From assembly GCF_030684315.1 (NCBI RefSeq), contig NC_081356.1, forward strand, positions 15,525,197-15,589,196: a stretch of 64,000 nt of DNA, given 5' to 3'. Positions 52,191 through 62,870 of the stretch are shown one piece after another; the first letter of the stretch is position 1; each line of letters opens with the position of its first letter. A model generated the notes under the pieces. It had not been told where the DNA came from. It saw only the letters and a program-made list of their open reading frames with translations, and made no database searches. A program made the position numbers and the translations under genes. Source of the DNA: Stegostoma tigrinum (lineage: Eukaryota).

Positions 52191-54214
52191 TTCTTAAACT
52201 GCTATAGACCAATTGGTGCAGGTATACACATACAATACTATTAAGGGAGGACTCCTTCCAAATGGACAAGGCGGCATACCTACACCAGATTGACTGCAGT
52301 TCAAGCAGCAGCTTATATCCACATTCTTACGGGGAAAGAAACATGGGCAGTAAATGCTGGCCCAGGCCACATACCCACAACACATGAATGAAGTGCTTTT
52401 AAAAAAAAGTCCACAAATTTCATCATTTTTTGGAAAATTTTAATAATAAAAACTTACTATTTTATATATTTGTTTGATCCTTTAGAATCATGTTTTGAAT
52501 CTGTAATATTTTTACATACACAAATTTCTTCCAGCTTGACAAGCAGCCATTTCTAATTTGATTTCATGCTTTGAAATTTCATGGACTTATTTTTGCCTCT
52601 TTTCATGCAGATACCTTCACAATGATATTTAGTGTTGTAGCCTTGATCCTCAACTATCTTGCCACTAGACTCCTAAGATGGCCTTTTGGGCTCCTGACTC
52701 TAGCTCTGCTCTCTTTATTTCAGCCCTTAATTGTGTCCAAACCTGCTGCTAAAAATGAAAAGTAATGGAAACATGTCCTCTATGCATCTCCACTCTCCCA
52801 ACCTGGGTGACAAAAACAAAAGTCTTCCTGTAACCTCCTATTGTATTGTCTATTTATTGCTTAGCTTTCTTTCCCCCAGTTGTTCACATATGCCAGCTCA
52901 GTCCTCCTTTGCACTGCATACTTCCAGCTACCTAACAAGCTTTAATTTTTAAATACAGCTCCATTAATCTCATTGCTCAGCCCAGGAAAAGGCTATATTT
53001 TGGATTAGTTGCACATCACAACTGTAAATGACTTATCCATTTGTTCCATTAGCTCTGGATTTATTGTTGGAACACATACTCAACATTACTGTTGCACAGC
53101 CCAATAGCTCTCCTTATTGTTGCTGCATTCTTCAGAAGTGGTTAGTGTATCCTATTTAATAGCACTCTTCTAATCTTATCTTTGGTTTTGCGTGGAGCAT
53201 AACATTTAGTTTACGCCACTACCATTTACTGTCCGTTCCAATTTCATTGTTTTGTATTGATCTTCACTAACTGGTATCTGAAACTCTGTGGCCAGCTTCT
53301 CAACTGGTTAATATCCTCCCAGCAAGGACAGCCAGTAAAACTTGTGAATGACATACTGATCTGCCTCACCTTGCATCCTTAAAGAATGAAAACCCTGTAA
53401 AACCAGGACAAATCATTCTAAGTAATACCACTTAAAAAAACTCATTTCTATTTCCCACTTGTCGGTTGCATTTGATTGGTTTCTTCCTTGCTTACATTTC
53501 CCTACTGTTTGGAATCATTTGCAAACTTGGAAAGATTATTCCAAACCCAATTCCTATTTAAAATGTAGATAACTGGTAATAATAGGTCCATATACCACTT
53601 CCCAAAGCATCCCACATCAATCAGCTCTTACTTCCTCCCATTCCAAAATCTTTGGCTCAGTTTTTTGATATCCTGGGAACTCTATATCATGGTGTCCATT
53701 ACTGTAGAAATTTACTACAACCTATGAAACAGAAATAGGCCACATGGTTCAACTGGTGTGTGTCAGTATATTTACAAATCTCCTCTGAATTGAACTACTT
53801 TTCTCAACCCCTCTTACATGCAACAGAAAAAAAACCAAGCATGTTTTCAATCAGGAGTATAAATTACAAGAATTATAACTTTTACATACAGTACAGACAT
53901 AGACCTTCTGTCCAACCAATCCATATCAAATATAATCCCAAACTACACTAGTTGCACCTGCATGCTCCCGACCCACATCCCTCCAAACCTTTCCTATTCA
54001 TCTACTTACCTATCTGAAAAATCTCAACTATTCATACAAATATTTTTAACAATTTACAATGCAAACCAGAATTATATACACTTAAGAACTCAGTTTTAAT
54101 CTTTAGTCATGATTTTTATTCTCTCCTCCAAGAGGTCAGTGATGTTCTATTAGTTTTAGTGTTAAAAGATAAAACAAAGACGGTGTTACATCTTGTTTAG
54201 CACCAAAAACAAGG

Positions 54215-54440
54215 TAATTGCTGCTTGGGAAAAAAAAAACCTGGAGACTCTCAGAAGGGCTGGCAATGCCTGTGAAAAGAAAAAGGCAGAGCTAACATTT
54301 CAAGTCCAATATGATCCAGAAATTCCAATGAAGTCATCTGGACTCAAAACATTAACTTTGTTTCTCCCTCCACAAGAGACTGCCAGACATGTTGAGGTGT
54401 TCCAGCAATTTCCATTTTTATTTCAGGTTTCCTGCATTCA
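54215..54440. mobile_element. Old Penelope-derived fold-back element just downstream of LEPROTL1 exon 2
   Basis: Degenerate inverted arms (ctcag..gctggca / tgccagac..gag) with gactcaaaacattaac. Confidence 0.55.
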
Positions 54441-54465
54441 TTTTATCGGAGTACTTATTATTTAC

Positions 54466-54541
54466 TTGTACTCTGGAAGGGCACAACCAAGCATCAGGAA
54501 CATCAGTCCAATGGCTCCACCGAATGATAGGCTGATCAACG
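54466..54541 (-). CDS. LEPROTL1: LEPROTL1 coding exon 2 (76 bp)
   Basis: Reads ALISLSFGGAIGLMFLMLGCALPEY(N). Acceptor ttttccag, donor GTAAAT. Phases fit exons 1 and 3. Confidence 0.95.
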
Positions 54542-54779
54542 CTGGAAAACACAGACAAAACACAAATTATTAGCCAAATCATCCGTCCTGTAAACTCACC
54601 ACACACTTCCAGCTAACTACATATCTGATAAGGTAAGGAATGACTGTAAGGCGTAGGTCTGTGGAATTTGCTCAGGTTAAATGTTGGCTGCTGCTGGTGG
54701 TGCCTGTAGACAGTCCTCCAATTCAAGGGTTAAAAATTAAAATCTAGTTGCACTGGGCACTTCCAGGGGAGGGTGTGAA

Positions 54780-55180
54780 GCAGTGGGTGGGCCGCGAAGG
54801 AGCCGTCGGTATGAACGGGGGGGGGGGGGGGAAGAGGGAGTGGGATATGGATCTGAGGAAGACAAATTCCACCCCCGCCCAAGGTCAGACCCACGCCCGG
54901 CAAGGAAGCGGGGCACAGGGAGCCTTTAGCCCAGCCGGATACCGCAGCAGCTACAGCGGAGACAAAAACCACCCGATCGCCCACCTTTAATCCCCGCCAT
55001 GGTCCCGACAAATAAACAAACACCCGCACGACCGGGTCGAAGGTCACGCCGGGGTCACCACCCCGCCAGCAGCGGAAACTACGTCAGGCGGCGCCCGCTA
55101 TCCCTCCTCCCCCCCAGACCCGTGTGGCTGCGCGCGCAGCCTTTTGGTCCCTGGCTCCTTGCATCAGCCTCCCCGAGAAG
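54780..55180 (-). promoter_or_regulatory. CpG-rich promoter / first-exon region of LEPROTL1
   Basis: Local CpG and GC enrichment around the ATG. A CRE-like TGACGTAG lies on the minus strand near 55079-55086. Confidence 0.65.
54985..55000 (-). CDS. LEPROTL1: LEPROTL1 coding exon 1 (16 bp, MAGIK+G)
   Basis: gggaccATGGCGGGGATTAAAG|GTGGGC: strong Kozak context and a GT donor, inside a CpG-rich region. Confidence 0.9.
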
Positions 55181-55249
55181 TTCAGATGAAACGCAATATG
55201 GGTGTTAGTATTTATTACCTTTTGTTGCTGGTGAGCTGCCTCCTTGAAC

Positions 55250-55280
55250 CTGAAGAAGGAGTGAGCCTCTGAAAGCTTGT
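55250..55280 (+). ncRNA. Minimal hammerhead motif of a third Penelope family (fragment ~55245-55345)
   Basis: CTGAAGA-A-GGAG(TGAGC)CTCT-GAAA-GC-TT/GT, with an AGCT palindrome. Confidence 0.55.
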
Positions 55281-56979
55281 GTTTTCAAACAAACCTGTTG
55301 GACTATAAACCTGGTGCCATGTGACTTCTGACCTTGTCCACCACAGGCCCAGCACCAGCCCCTCCACTTTTTGAACCACTGCCGTCCATTTTCTGCACTT
55401 AGGTCTGGGGGGGGGGGGAAAGTGACATATTTCCAAGCCAGGATGGTGTGCACCTTGGAGGGGAACTTGCAGGTGGTGGTGCTCCCATGTAACTGCTGCC
55501 CTTCTCCTTCTACTTGGGAACCAAAAGAACGGCAGATGCTGTGAATCAGAAACAGAAACTGAAGTTGCTGGAAAAGCTCAGCGGATGTGGCAGTATCTGA
55601 GAAGTAAAATCAGAGTTAATGTTTCGGGTCTGGCGACACTTCCTCAGAACTTGCAGCATGGTTTAGTACATGCTGTCCAAGAGCCCTGGGGAAATACAAT
55701 ACTTGCATCTTGTAAATGGTAAGGTGCTGCTCTCTTACAAGAGAGATGATTCAGAGGTGATTTTTAAACTGAGGTTCGCCATACCTTGGACAATTGAGAA
55801 GATGGGACCTTCATGGTAATCTCAGCTGGCATAGGAATTAAACCCCTATTGTTGGCATCACTCTGCATCTCAAAGTAGTTATCCAACCAACTGAACTAAG
55901 CAGACAGCAAAGGTCATCACTATATTCCCACAGGCCCATAAGGCTGCTAGCTCATGAAAGAGAGACAATGGAAAGTGATTTGAATCACCATGCCTCAGGC
56001 AAAGAATGAAGTTGATAAGGCAGAACCTTCATGATGGTGCACACTACTCCTGAGCATTGGTGGTGGAGAGAGTGAATTTTTATGGATACGGTCCCAATCA
56101 AGTGATTTGCCTTGTATGATGTCAAGCTTCTAGTGTTGCTGAAGCTGCAAATATCTGGGCAAGTGGGAAGTATTCCATCATACTCCTTCCTTGATGAGCT
56201 TTGGGACTAAGGAAATGGGTTAGCTATGCAGTATTACTAGACTTTGATCTGTCATTGTAGCCACAATGTTTATTTTGCTGGTCTGGGCCAATGTTAAACT
56301 CTAGGATGGTAATACCTCTGAATACCAAATAAAGTTGGTTGGATTCTCTCTAGTTAGAGAAAGTAATTGCCTTGTGCTTGTAAGGTGTGAATGTTACTTA
56401 CCACTTACAAGCCTGAACCTCGATGTGGCCCAGGTCTTGTTGCATTTGGTCATATGCTATTCTAGTATCTAAGAAGATAAGTGTGATGATGTACATTGTG
56501 CAATCTTCAGTGTAAACAGTCAATTTTGATATAAAGGCAGGACAGTTGATGATGGAGCTGAGGATGATTGAACCTAGGATACTATCTTGAGCGATTAAGG
56601 GCTGTTGTGGCACAGTGGTAATGTCTTGCCTTTAAACCAGAAGGAGTGGGTTCAAGTTCCACCTGGTCCAGAAGTGTGCAATAACATCTGTGATCAGGTT
56701 AATTATAAAATATATACCTTTAGAATATCCCTGCATTAGTGGCTTGGGGCTACAATGATTGACCTCAAACATCCACAGATTCTTCCTTTGTGCTGTGGTT
56801 AAGTCCAACCAGTGAAAGTCTTTTCAACCTGATTCGGATTGACTCCAGTTTTGCTCGGGCTGCCATACACCGTCCTTGGTCAAATGCTGGCTTGATGTCA
56901 GGGGCAGTAACTCTGGATATTAGCAGTTTTGTCCATGTTTGGACCAGGAGTTAAATGATAGTAGCAAAATACAAAAGCA

Positions 56980-57192
56980 TCACGAACCATTTCAATTCTT
57001 TCTCCCGTTCCTCAGATGACATGTCCATTCTGGGCCTCCTGCAGTGCCACAACAATGCCACCCGAAGGTTGCAGGAACAGCAACTCACATTCCGCTTGGG
57101 AACCCTGCAGCCCAATGGTATCAGTGTGGACTTCAAAATCTCCCATCCCCGTACTGCATCCCAAAACCAGCCCAGCACATCCCCGCCTCCGT
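56980..57192 (+). mobile_element. Penelope-like 3' ORF fragment, inverted relative to 57393-58352
   Basis: NHFNS...DDMSILGLLQCHNNATRRLQEQQLTFRLGTLQPNG is shared with the adjacent minus-strand copy. Confidence 0.85.
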
Positions 57193-57392
57193 AGCATCGA
57201 TACGCAGGATATTGCCGAACAATTATTGCCTGATAGCACAATCTTGCAATCATATTAATGTTAATTGTTTTAATACAATTGTCTGATAGGGATATTCAAT
57301 TTTAGTGTTGTATTTGTGATTCGACTTCATGTAGCTTATTAAATTTGGCATAACCTTTTGCATATAAGAGCCTTATTTAAATTGCTCAGGAG

Positions 57393-58352
57393 ACTGGGCT
57401 GGTTTTGGAATGCAGTACGGGGATGGGAGATTTTGAAGCTTGTGAGGTCCACATTGATACCATTGGGCTGCAGGGTTCCCAAGCGGAATGTGAGTTGCTG
57501 TTCCTGCAACCTTCTGGTGGCATTGTTGTGGCATTGCAGGAGGCCCAGAATGGACATGTCATCTGAGGAATGGGAGGAGGAGTTGAAATGGTTCGTGACT
57601 AGGAGATGCACATGTTTAGTGCGAACCGAGCGTAGGTGTTCTCTGCTTGGTTTCCCCGATGTAGATGAGGCCACAACGAGAACAGCGGAAGCAATATACC
57701 ACATTAGCAGATGTGCAGATGACCATTTGCTTGATGTGGAAACTCTTATAGGGGCCTGGGATGGGGGGGGAACTGGGGACGTGTAGGGGCAGATGTAGCA
57801 CTTCCTGCGGTTGCAGTGAAAAAGTGCTGGGTGTGGTGGGGCTGGAAGGGAGTGTGGAGTGGACGGGGAGTCACGGAAAGAGTGGTCCCTCTGGAAAGCA
57901 GATAAGGATGGGGAGGGAAAAATGTCTCTGGTGTTGGGCTGGATTGCAGACGGCGAAAGTGTTGGAGGATGATGCGTTGGATCCGGAGGTTGGTGGGGTA
58001 GTACGTGAGGACGAGGAGATTCTGTTTTAGTTGTTATTGCAGGGAGGGGGTGTGAGGGATGAGTTGTGAGAAATGCGGGAGACATGGTCGAGGGCATTCG
58101 CGACGACTGAGGGGGGCAAGTTGTGGTCCTTGAAGAACAAGGCATCTGAGATGTACGGGAGTGGAATGCCTCATCCTGGGAGCAGACGCAGTGGAGGCGA
58201 AGGAATTGGGAATAGGGGATGGCATTTTTGCAGGAAGGTGGGTGGGAGGAGGCATATTCTAGGTAGCAGTGGGAGTTGGTGGGCTTGAATTGGATATCGG
58301 TTCCTAAGTGGCTGCCAGAGATGGAAACAGAGAGGTCCAGGAAGGAGAGAGG
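57393..58352 (-). mobile_element. Penelope-like element fragment (RT C-terminus plus GIY-YIG)
   Basis: Reads LSFLDLSV...HPPSCKNAIPYSQFLRL and CTSANVVYCFRCSRCGLIYIGETK. Same family as 22541-24155. Confidence 0.88.
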
Positions 58353-58944
58353 ACTAGGAATAGGCAATAAAAGACCTCTTCTACCAATGGCAACAAATAA
58401 TTTAATATCTGTAAGTTATCTCTCCTGACCTTTGAGTTCCAACAGTGCACAAATTCTTCTCTCCCTGAACTTTGCATCTGAGTTCTCCTATATTTTCACT
58501 TTCCCTTCCTACATAAGGTCACACCTTCGTCTGCCTGGGTCTCAATCTGAATTTCTCTCTTTACACCCCTCTACCTTGATGAGGAACATAGAACATTGAA
58601 CAGTCCAGCACAGTACAGGCCCTTCGGCCCACGATGTTGTGTCAAACATTTACCATAATCCTAAAGTCTATCTAACCTCTATCTCTACCTTATACTAACA
58701 TGCATATGCCGATCTAGGAGCTGCTTAAATGCCCTAATGAGGCCGACTCCACTACCCTCTCTGGCAATGCATTCCATGCCCTAACCACTCGCTCCAATAG
58801 CTTTTGGATCTTCTAAATATTTAAATCAATCAGTCAATGAATAAAGTTTGGCAATATGGATAAATAAACATAATCTAAATGATGCAATACCTAGGTCTGA
58901 TGTAATGTTTTTGAACCCTTAAGCAAATCATACAAAAACCAGAA

Positions 58945-60167
58945 ACAAAAACAAAGTTGCTGGAAAAGCTCAGCAGGTCTGGCAGCACCTGTGAAGGAGA
59001 AAACAGAGTTAACGTTTCAGGTCCGGTGACCCTTCCTCAGAACTGGTGGTGGCTGGGAAGAGGTCAGTTTATATGCCGAAAATAGGGAAGTGGGTGGGGT
59101 AGGGAGTAAACGTTAGGATAGAGCCCAAAGAAAGAGAAAGACAGTTGGACAGACAAAGGAGTTACTAATGATCAGGCTGGGAGGGTGAATAGTTGTTAAT
59201 GGGGACTGTTAGTGACTAACAACTGGGGGTGTGTAATGGCAGGCTGTGTGGTAACAAGACCTGGTGTGTGGGGTGGAGGGCAAGGACATGGGAGAGTTTA
59301 GGCCCTAAAATTATTGAACTCAATAATTTGAGTCTGGAGGGCTGTAGGGTCCCCAAGCGGAAGTTGAGGTGTTGCTCCTCCAGCTTGCACTGGGCTTCAC
59401 TGGAACACTAGAAAGCCGGAGACAGAGATGTTGGCCAGGGAGCAAAGTTGTGCATTGAAGTGGCAGGCAATGGGTAGTTCAGGGACTTATGGCAAGCAGA
59501 ATGTAGATGTTCTGCAAAGCGGTCACCAAGTCTATGCTTCGCTTCCCCAGTGTAGAGGACCATGTTGTGAGCAGCGAATGCAGTAGACTAGATTCTGGGA
59601 AGTGCAGGACCTGGAAGGTATGTTTGGGCCCTTGAATATTGGGTAGGGAGGAGCTAAATGGGCAGGTGTTGCACCTTCGCTGGTTACATGGGAAGGTGCT
59701 GTAGGGCTGTGGGGAGGTGTTGGGGTTGAAGGAAATATGGACCAGGGTGTCCCAGAGGGAATGGTCCCTGCGGAAGGCGGACAAGGGAGGTGAGGGTTGG
59801 AGGTGGCGGAAATGGAATCTGATGATCTCCTGCACGTGGATGCTGGTGGGACGGTCAGTAAGGATAAGGGGAACCCTATCGCTGTTGCAGTTGGGAAGAG
59901 AAGGGGTGAGAGTGGAAGTGCGGGAGATGGGTCGGATCCAGTTGAGGGCCCTGTTGACAACAGAGCTAGAGAAACCTCAGTTCAGGAAGAAAGTGGACAT
60001 TTTCCCTTGTCAAAGTTAGCCTCATCTGAACATATGTGATGGAGATGATGGAACTGAGAGAGTGGGATGGAGTCTTTGCAGGAAGTGGGATATGAGGATG
60101 TATAGTCCAGGTGGCTGTGGGAGTCGGTGGGTTTCCTGATTTACAGCATCGGCAGTTCTTTTGTTTT
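58945..60167 (-). mobile_element. Penelope-like element of a second family with an inverted terminal piece and a 15-bp TSD
   Basis: GIY-YIG-like remnant CTSQNLVYCIRCSQ. ATACAAAAACCAGAA occurs at 58930-58944 and 60168-60182. Confidence 0.85.
59007..59044 (-). ncRNA. Minimal hammerhead ribozyme motif in a Penelope terminal repeat
   Basis: AGTT-CTGAGGA-A-GGGTC(ACCG)GACCT-GAAA-CG-TT/AACT: intact core, 4-bp stem I, 5-bp stem II, ACGT palindrome in place of stem III. Confidence 0.75.
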
Positions 60168-60724
60168 ATACAAAAACCAGAATTTTGCATTTTTTAAATC
60201 TCCTGCATGAATCTATTCCAAGAGAGATTACTTAACAGAATATACTTCACCATTATCTAAAGAAAGAAGAACGTTCAGCAAACAGTGTCCCGATCAGTAT
60301 AAGGTCTCTATGGTTGTGCCTACTTAGCTGTCTGCTCAATCCCCTAAACCACAAGTTATCAGACTCCCTATCAATGTACAATGTAAATGCCTTCCTGCTG
60401 TAACTTGGCTGCCTCTGTCTCTCTCTTAGCTTAGATGCTGCAATCTGTTGGCAGCCAGCAATAAAAAGGGTTAGGGGGTTGGGTAGATGGAGTGGGTGTG
60501 GGTTGGAGGTGTTAGGGAGTTGGGTTGGGGGGGGCATCTGGGTAGGTGGGATGAGGGTTGGTTGGGTTTGGAGCTATGGATGGATGGGAATAGGGGTGGG
60601 GGTGGGTTGGGATGTGGCTAGGTGGGAATGGGGGTGAGGTTGGGTTTGGTGTGTGGGTGGGTGGGTTTGGTGTGTGGGTGGGTGGGAGTGAGGATGGGGT
60701 TGGGCTTCGGGCTACGGATGGGAA

Positions 60725-61215
60725 TGGGGTGGGGTTGGTTTTGGGGTATGGGGAGGTGGGAATGAGGGTGGGGTTGGGTTTGGGGTGTGGGTAGGTGAGT
60801 GTGAGGGTGAGGTTGGGCTGTGGGGAGGTGGGAGTGAGGGTGGGGTTGGGTTTGGGCTGTGGGTAGGTGGGAGTGAGGGTGGGGTTGGGTTTGGGCTGTG
60901 GGGAGGTGGGAGTGAGGGTGGGGTTGGGTTTTGGGGTGTGGGTAGGTGAGAGTGAGGGTGAGGTTGGGCTTTGGGGTGTGGGGAGGTGGGAGTGAGGGTG
61001 GGGTTGGGTTTGGGCTGTGGGGAGGTGGGAGTGAGGGTGGGGTTGGGTTTGGGCTGTGGGGAGGTGGGAGTGAGGGTGGGGTTGGGTTTGGGCTGTGGGG
61101 AGGTGGGAGTGAGGGTGGGGTTGGGTTTGGGCTGTGGGGAGGTGGGAGTGAGGGTGGGGTTGGGTTTGGGCTGTGGGGAGGTGGGAGTGAGGGTGGGGTT
61201 GGGTTTGGGGCTATG
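60725..61215 (+). repeat. G-rich 39-bp minisatellite (about 12 units, degenerate toward ~60470)
   Basis: Unit GGAGGTGGGAGTGAGGGTGGGGTTGGGTTTGGGCTGTGG, near-perfect from ~60980 to 61208. Shows up as 13-aa repeats in the ORF track. Confidence 0.93.
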
Positions 61216-61279
61216 GGTGAATGGGAATGGAGGTGGGGTTGGGGTGGTGTCAGTGGGTGGGTCTAAGATTGGGGTCAAA

Positions 61280-61430
61280 CTCCGGGCAGAGAAATGGGCG
61301 CGGCCTATCCCTGATGACGTCGACAGGGTGCCGCGCGGTAATGACGTAGTTACGCGTCATTGCATTGTGCTGTTGACCGCAGGATTGCGCATGCGTTCCC
61401 CTGGGCTGGGGTTTTCGTTAGAGGAGGAGG
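61280..61430 (+). promoter_or_regulatory. SARAF proximal promoter with CRE-like and NRF1-like sites
   Basis: TGACGTCG at 61315-61322, inverted pair ATGACG...CGTCAT at 61341-61360, TGCGCATGCGT at 61386-61396. CpG-rich. Confidence 0.65.
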
Positions 61431-61533
61431 ATGTCACTATTTCATAAGTACCGCCTTGGCGTAGGCCTCGGCTTTTGCTGGTACCTGTGCTTGCTGCCGT
61501 CTTTGCTGCATGTGAACGGAGCACAGGATTCAG
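61431..61533 (+). CDS. SARAF: SARAF (TMEM66) coding exon 1, signal peptide (103 bp)
   Basis: Reads MSLFHKYRLGVGLGFCWYLCLLPSLLHVNGAQDS, resembling a signal peptide. Donor CAG|GTAGGA, phase 1, joins exon 2 in frame. Confidence 0.82.
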
Positions 61534-62527
61534 GTAGGATCCGGAGACAGGTATTCTCATTGCTTCGCCGATGCAGTCCCGTAGCTGTATATAGAGGTCT
61601 TCACTCCCAATATGGCAGGGTACATGACCTGTCATCACCAGTCATGGGTCTGCAACCGCCACTTAATATCCTTAAATAGTGGAAATCAATAAAGTGTGAC
61701 ATTGTTCTCGGCCAATATTTGCCGCGAGAGAGTCATGGATCTCCACTGCCCTTTATAAAAAGATCCCCGAGTTCTGCCAATTAAGAATGTCGACCTCAGT
61801 GAGATGGGAATGTGACTCGATGATCATAACAGCAAAGTAAATGCACTCTGGGGATCTGAAATAAAATTTCTGTTTTAATAAAATGGTGTATGGGATAAGC
61901 CATGGCCAGCATATCAGAGAGAGCTTTCTTGCTTATCAAAATGATGCTGTGGGTCCTCCTGACGTGAGGGAGCAGGTAGCATTTCAGTTAAAATCTGACC
62001 TGATAGTAGTCCTGCAATCCATAAACCACCTGATGCAGAAGCAAGAGTGTTACCAATTGAAGCAATGCAATTAATTGCCAAGTGATTAGTAATTGATTTC
62101 TGTTGCATTAGTGCTCATGCTGTCTGGAGTAGTTTTCCCCAAAGGGCTCACTAAATGGCTTTTTACCCCAAAGCTGTCACAAAATGGCTTTAAATTTGCC
62201 AGCATACATGCTGAGTTGCTCTTACTCAGTCATCAAGGGCTTGCTGAGGCTGAGACACTCCATTCTTCCCCATTAACAACTAATGTTATAATCAACTAGA
62301 TATATGTGTATTGTCCTATGTTCACATGTGTCTAATATATATGACTTATTTTGGTCATTATTTTCACTATATTTGCACTATTCCTTTCCACTTAACTTGC
62401 CTGCTGAAACCTCTGCCAATCATCCCTCAAGTCTGAAATTAAATGAAGATGGTTCGATAAGATGAATCAATAACTTTTCCGTGAACTAGCTGGTAAGACT
62501 TTGTGTAATGTCTCTTTTTGTTTACAG

Positions 62528-62706
62528 AGAGAATTCTCCTCCGGGAAGTCCAAGCTTTGACATTGTACAGTGAGAAGTATACTACTGGCCGCAGAACACA
62601 TCCTGTTCCTCAGCTGCGGTGTGTTGGTGGCTCAGCTGGCTGTAATGTCTTCCTTCCGAAAGTGGTGCAGTGTTATAACAAAGGGTGGGATGGTTATGAC
62701 GTTCAG
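62528..62706 (+). CDS. SARAF: SARAF coding exon 2 (179 bp); gene continues beyond the right edge
   Basis: Reads (E)RILLREVQALTLYSEKYTTGRRTHPVPQLRCVGGSAGCNVFLPKVVQCYNKGWDGYDVQ, recognisable as the SARAF luminal domain. Acceptor tttgtttacag, donor GTATGT. Confidence 0.95.
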
Positions 62707-62870
62707 GTATGTAGTTGAATATTCTGAGGTCTGATTTCGAAATATACCTGGGTGATATTGAATTAGTTTACACTGAAGGCTGCTGTCTGGAAGCAGCAGC
62801 CACTGTTGGTGGAGTTTAACATTGGAGATGATTCCTATGCAAATTCTCAATCTTGGAACATACAATTTTA

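Noticed and set aside
61420-61433. AGAGGAGGAGG before the SARAF ATG, resembling a Shine-Dalgarno site
   Set aside because: This is a eukaryotic spliced gene, so the purine run is coincidental.
60712-61447. Pro/Thr-rich and Gly/Val-rich repetitive ORFs (mucin- or extensin-like)
   Set aside because: These are translations of a 39-bp minisatellite that is open in several frames, with no supporting splice or start context.
61391-61447. Out-of-frame upstream ATG ORF overlapping the SARAF start
   Set aside because: The ATG is the centre of an NRF1-like palindrome and may lie upstream of the TSS. It cannot be supported without transcript data.
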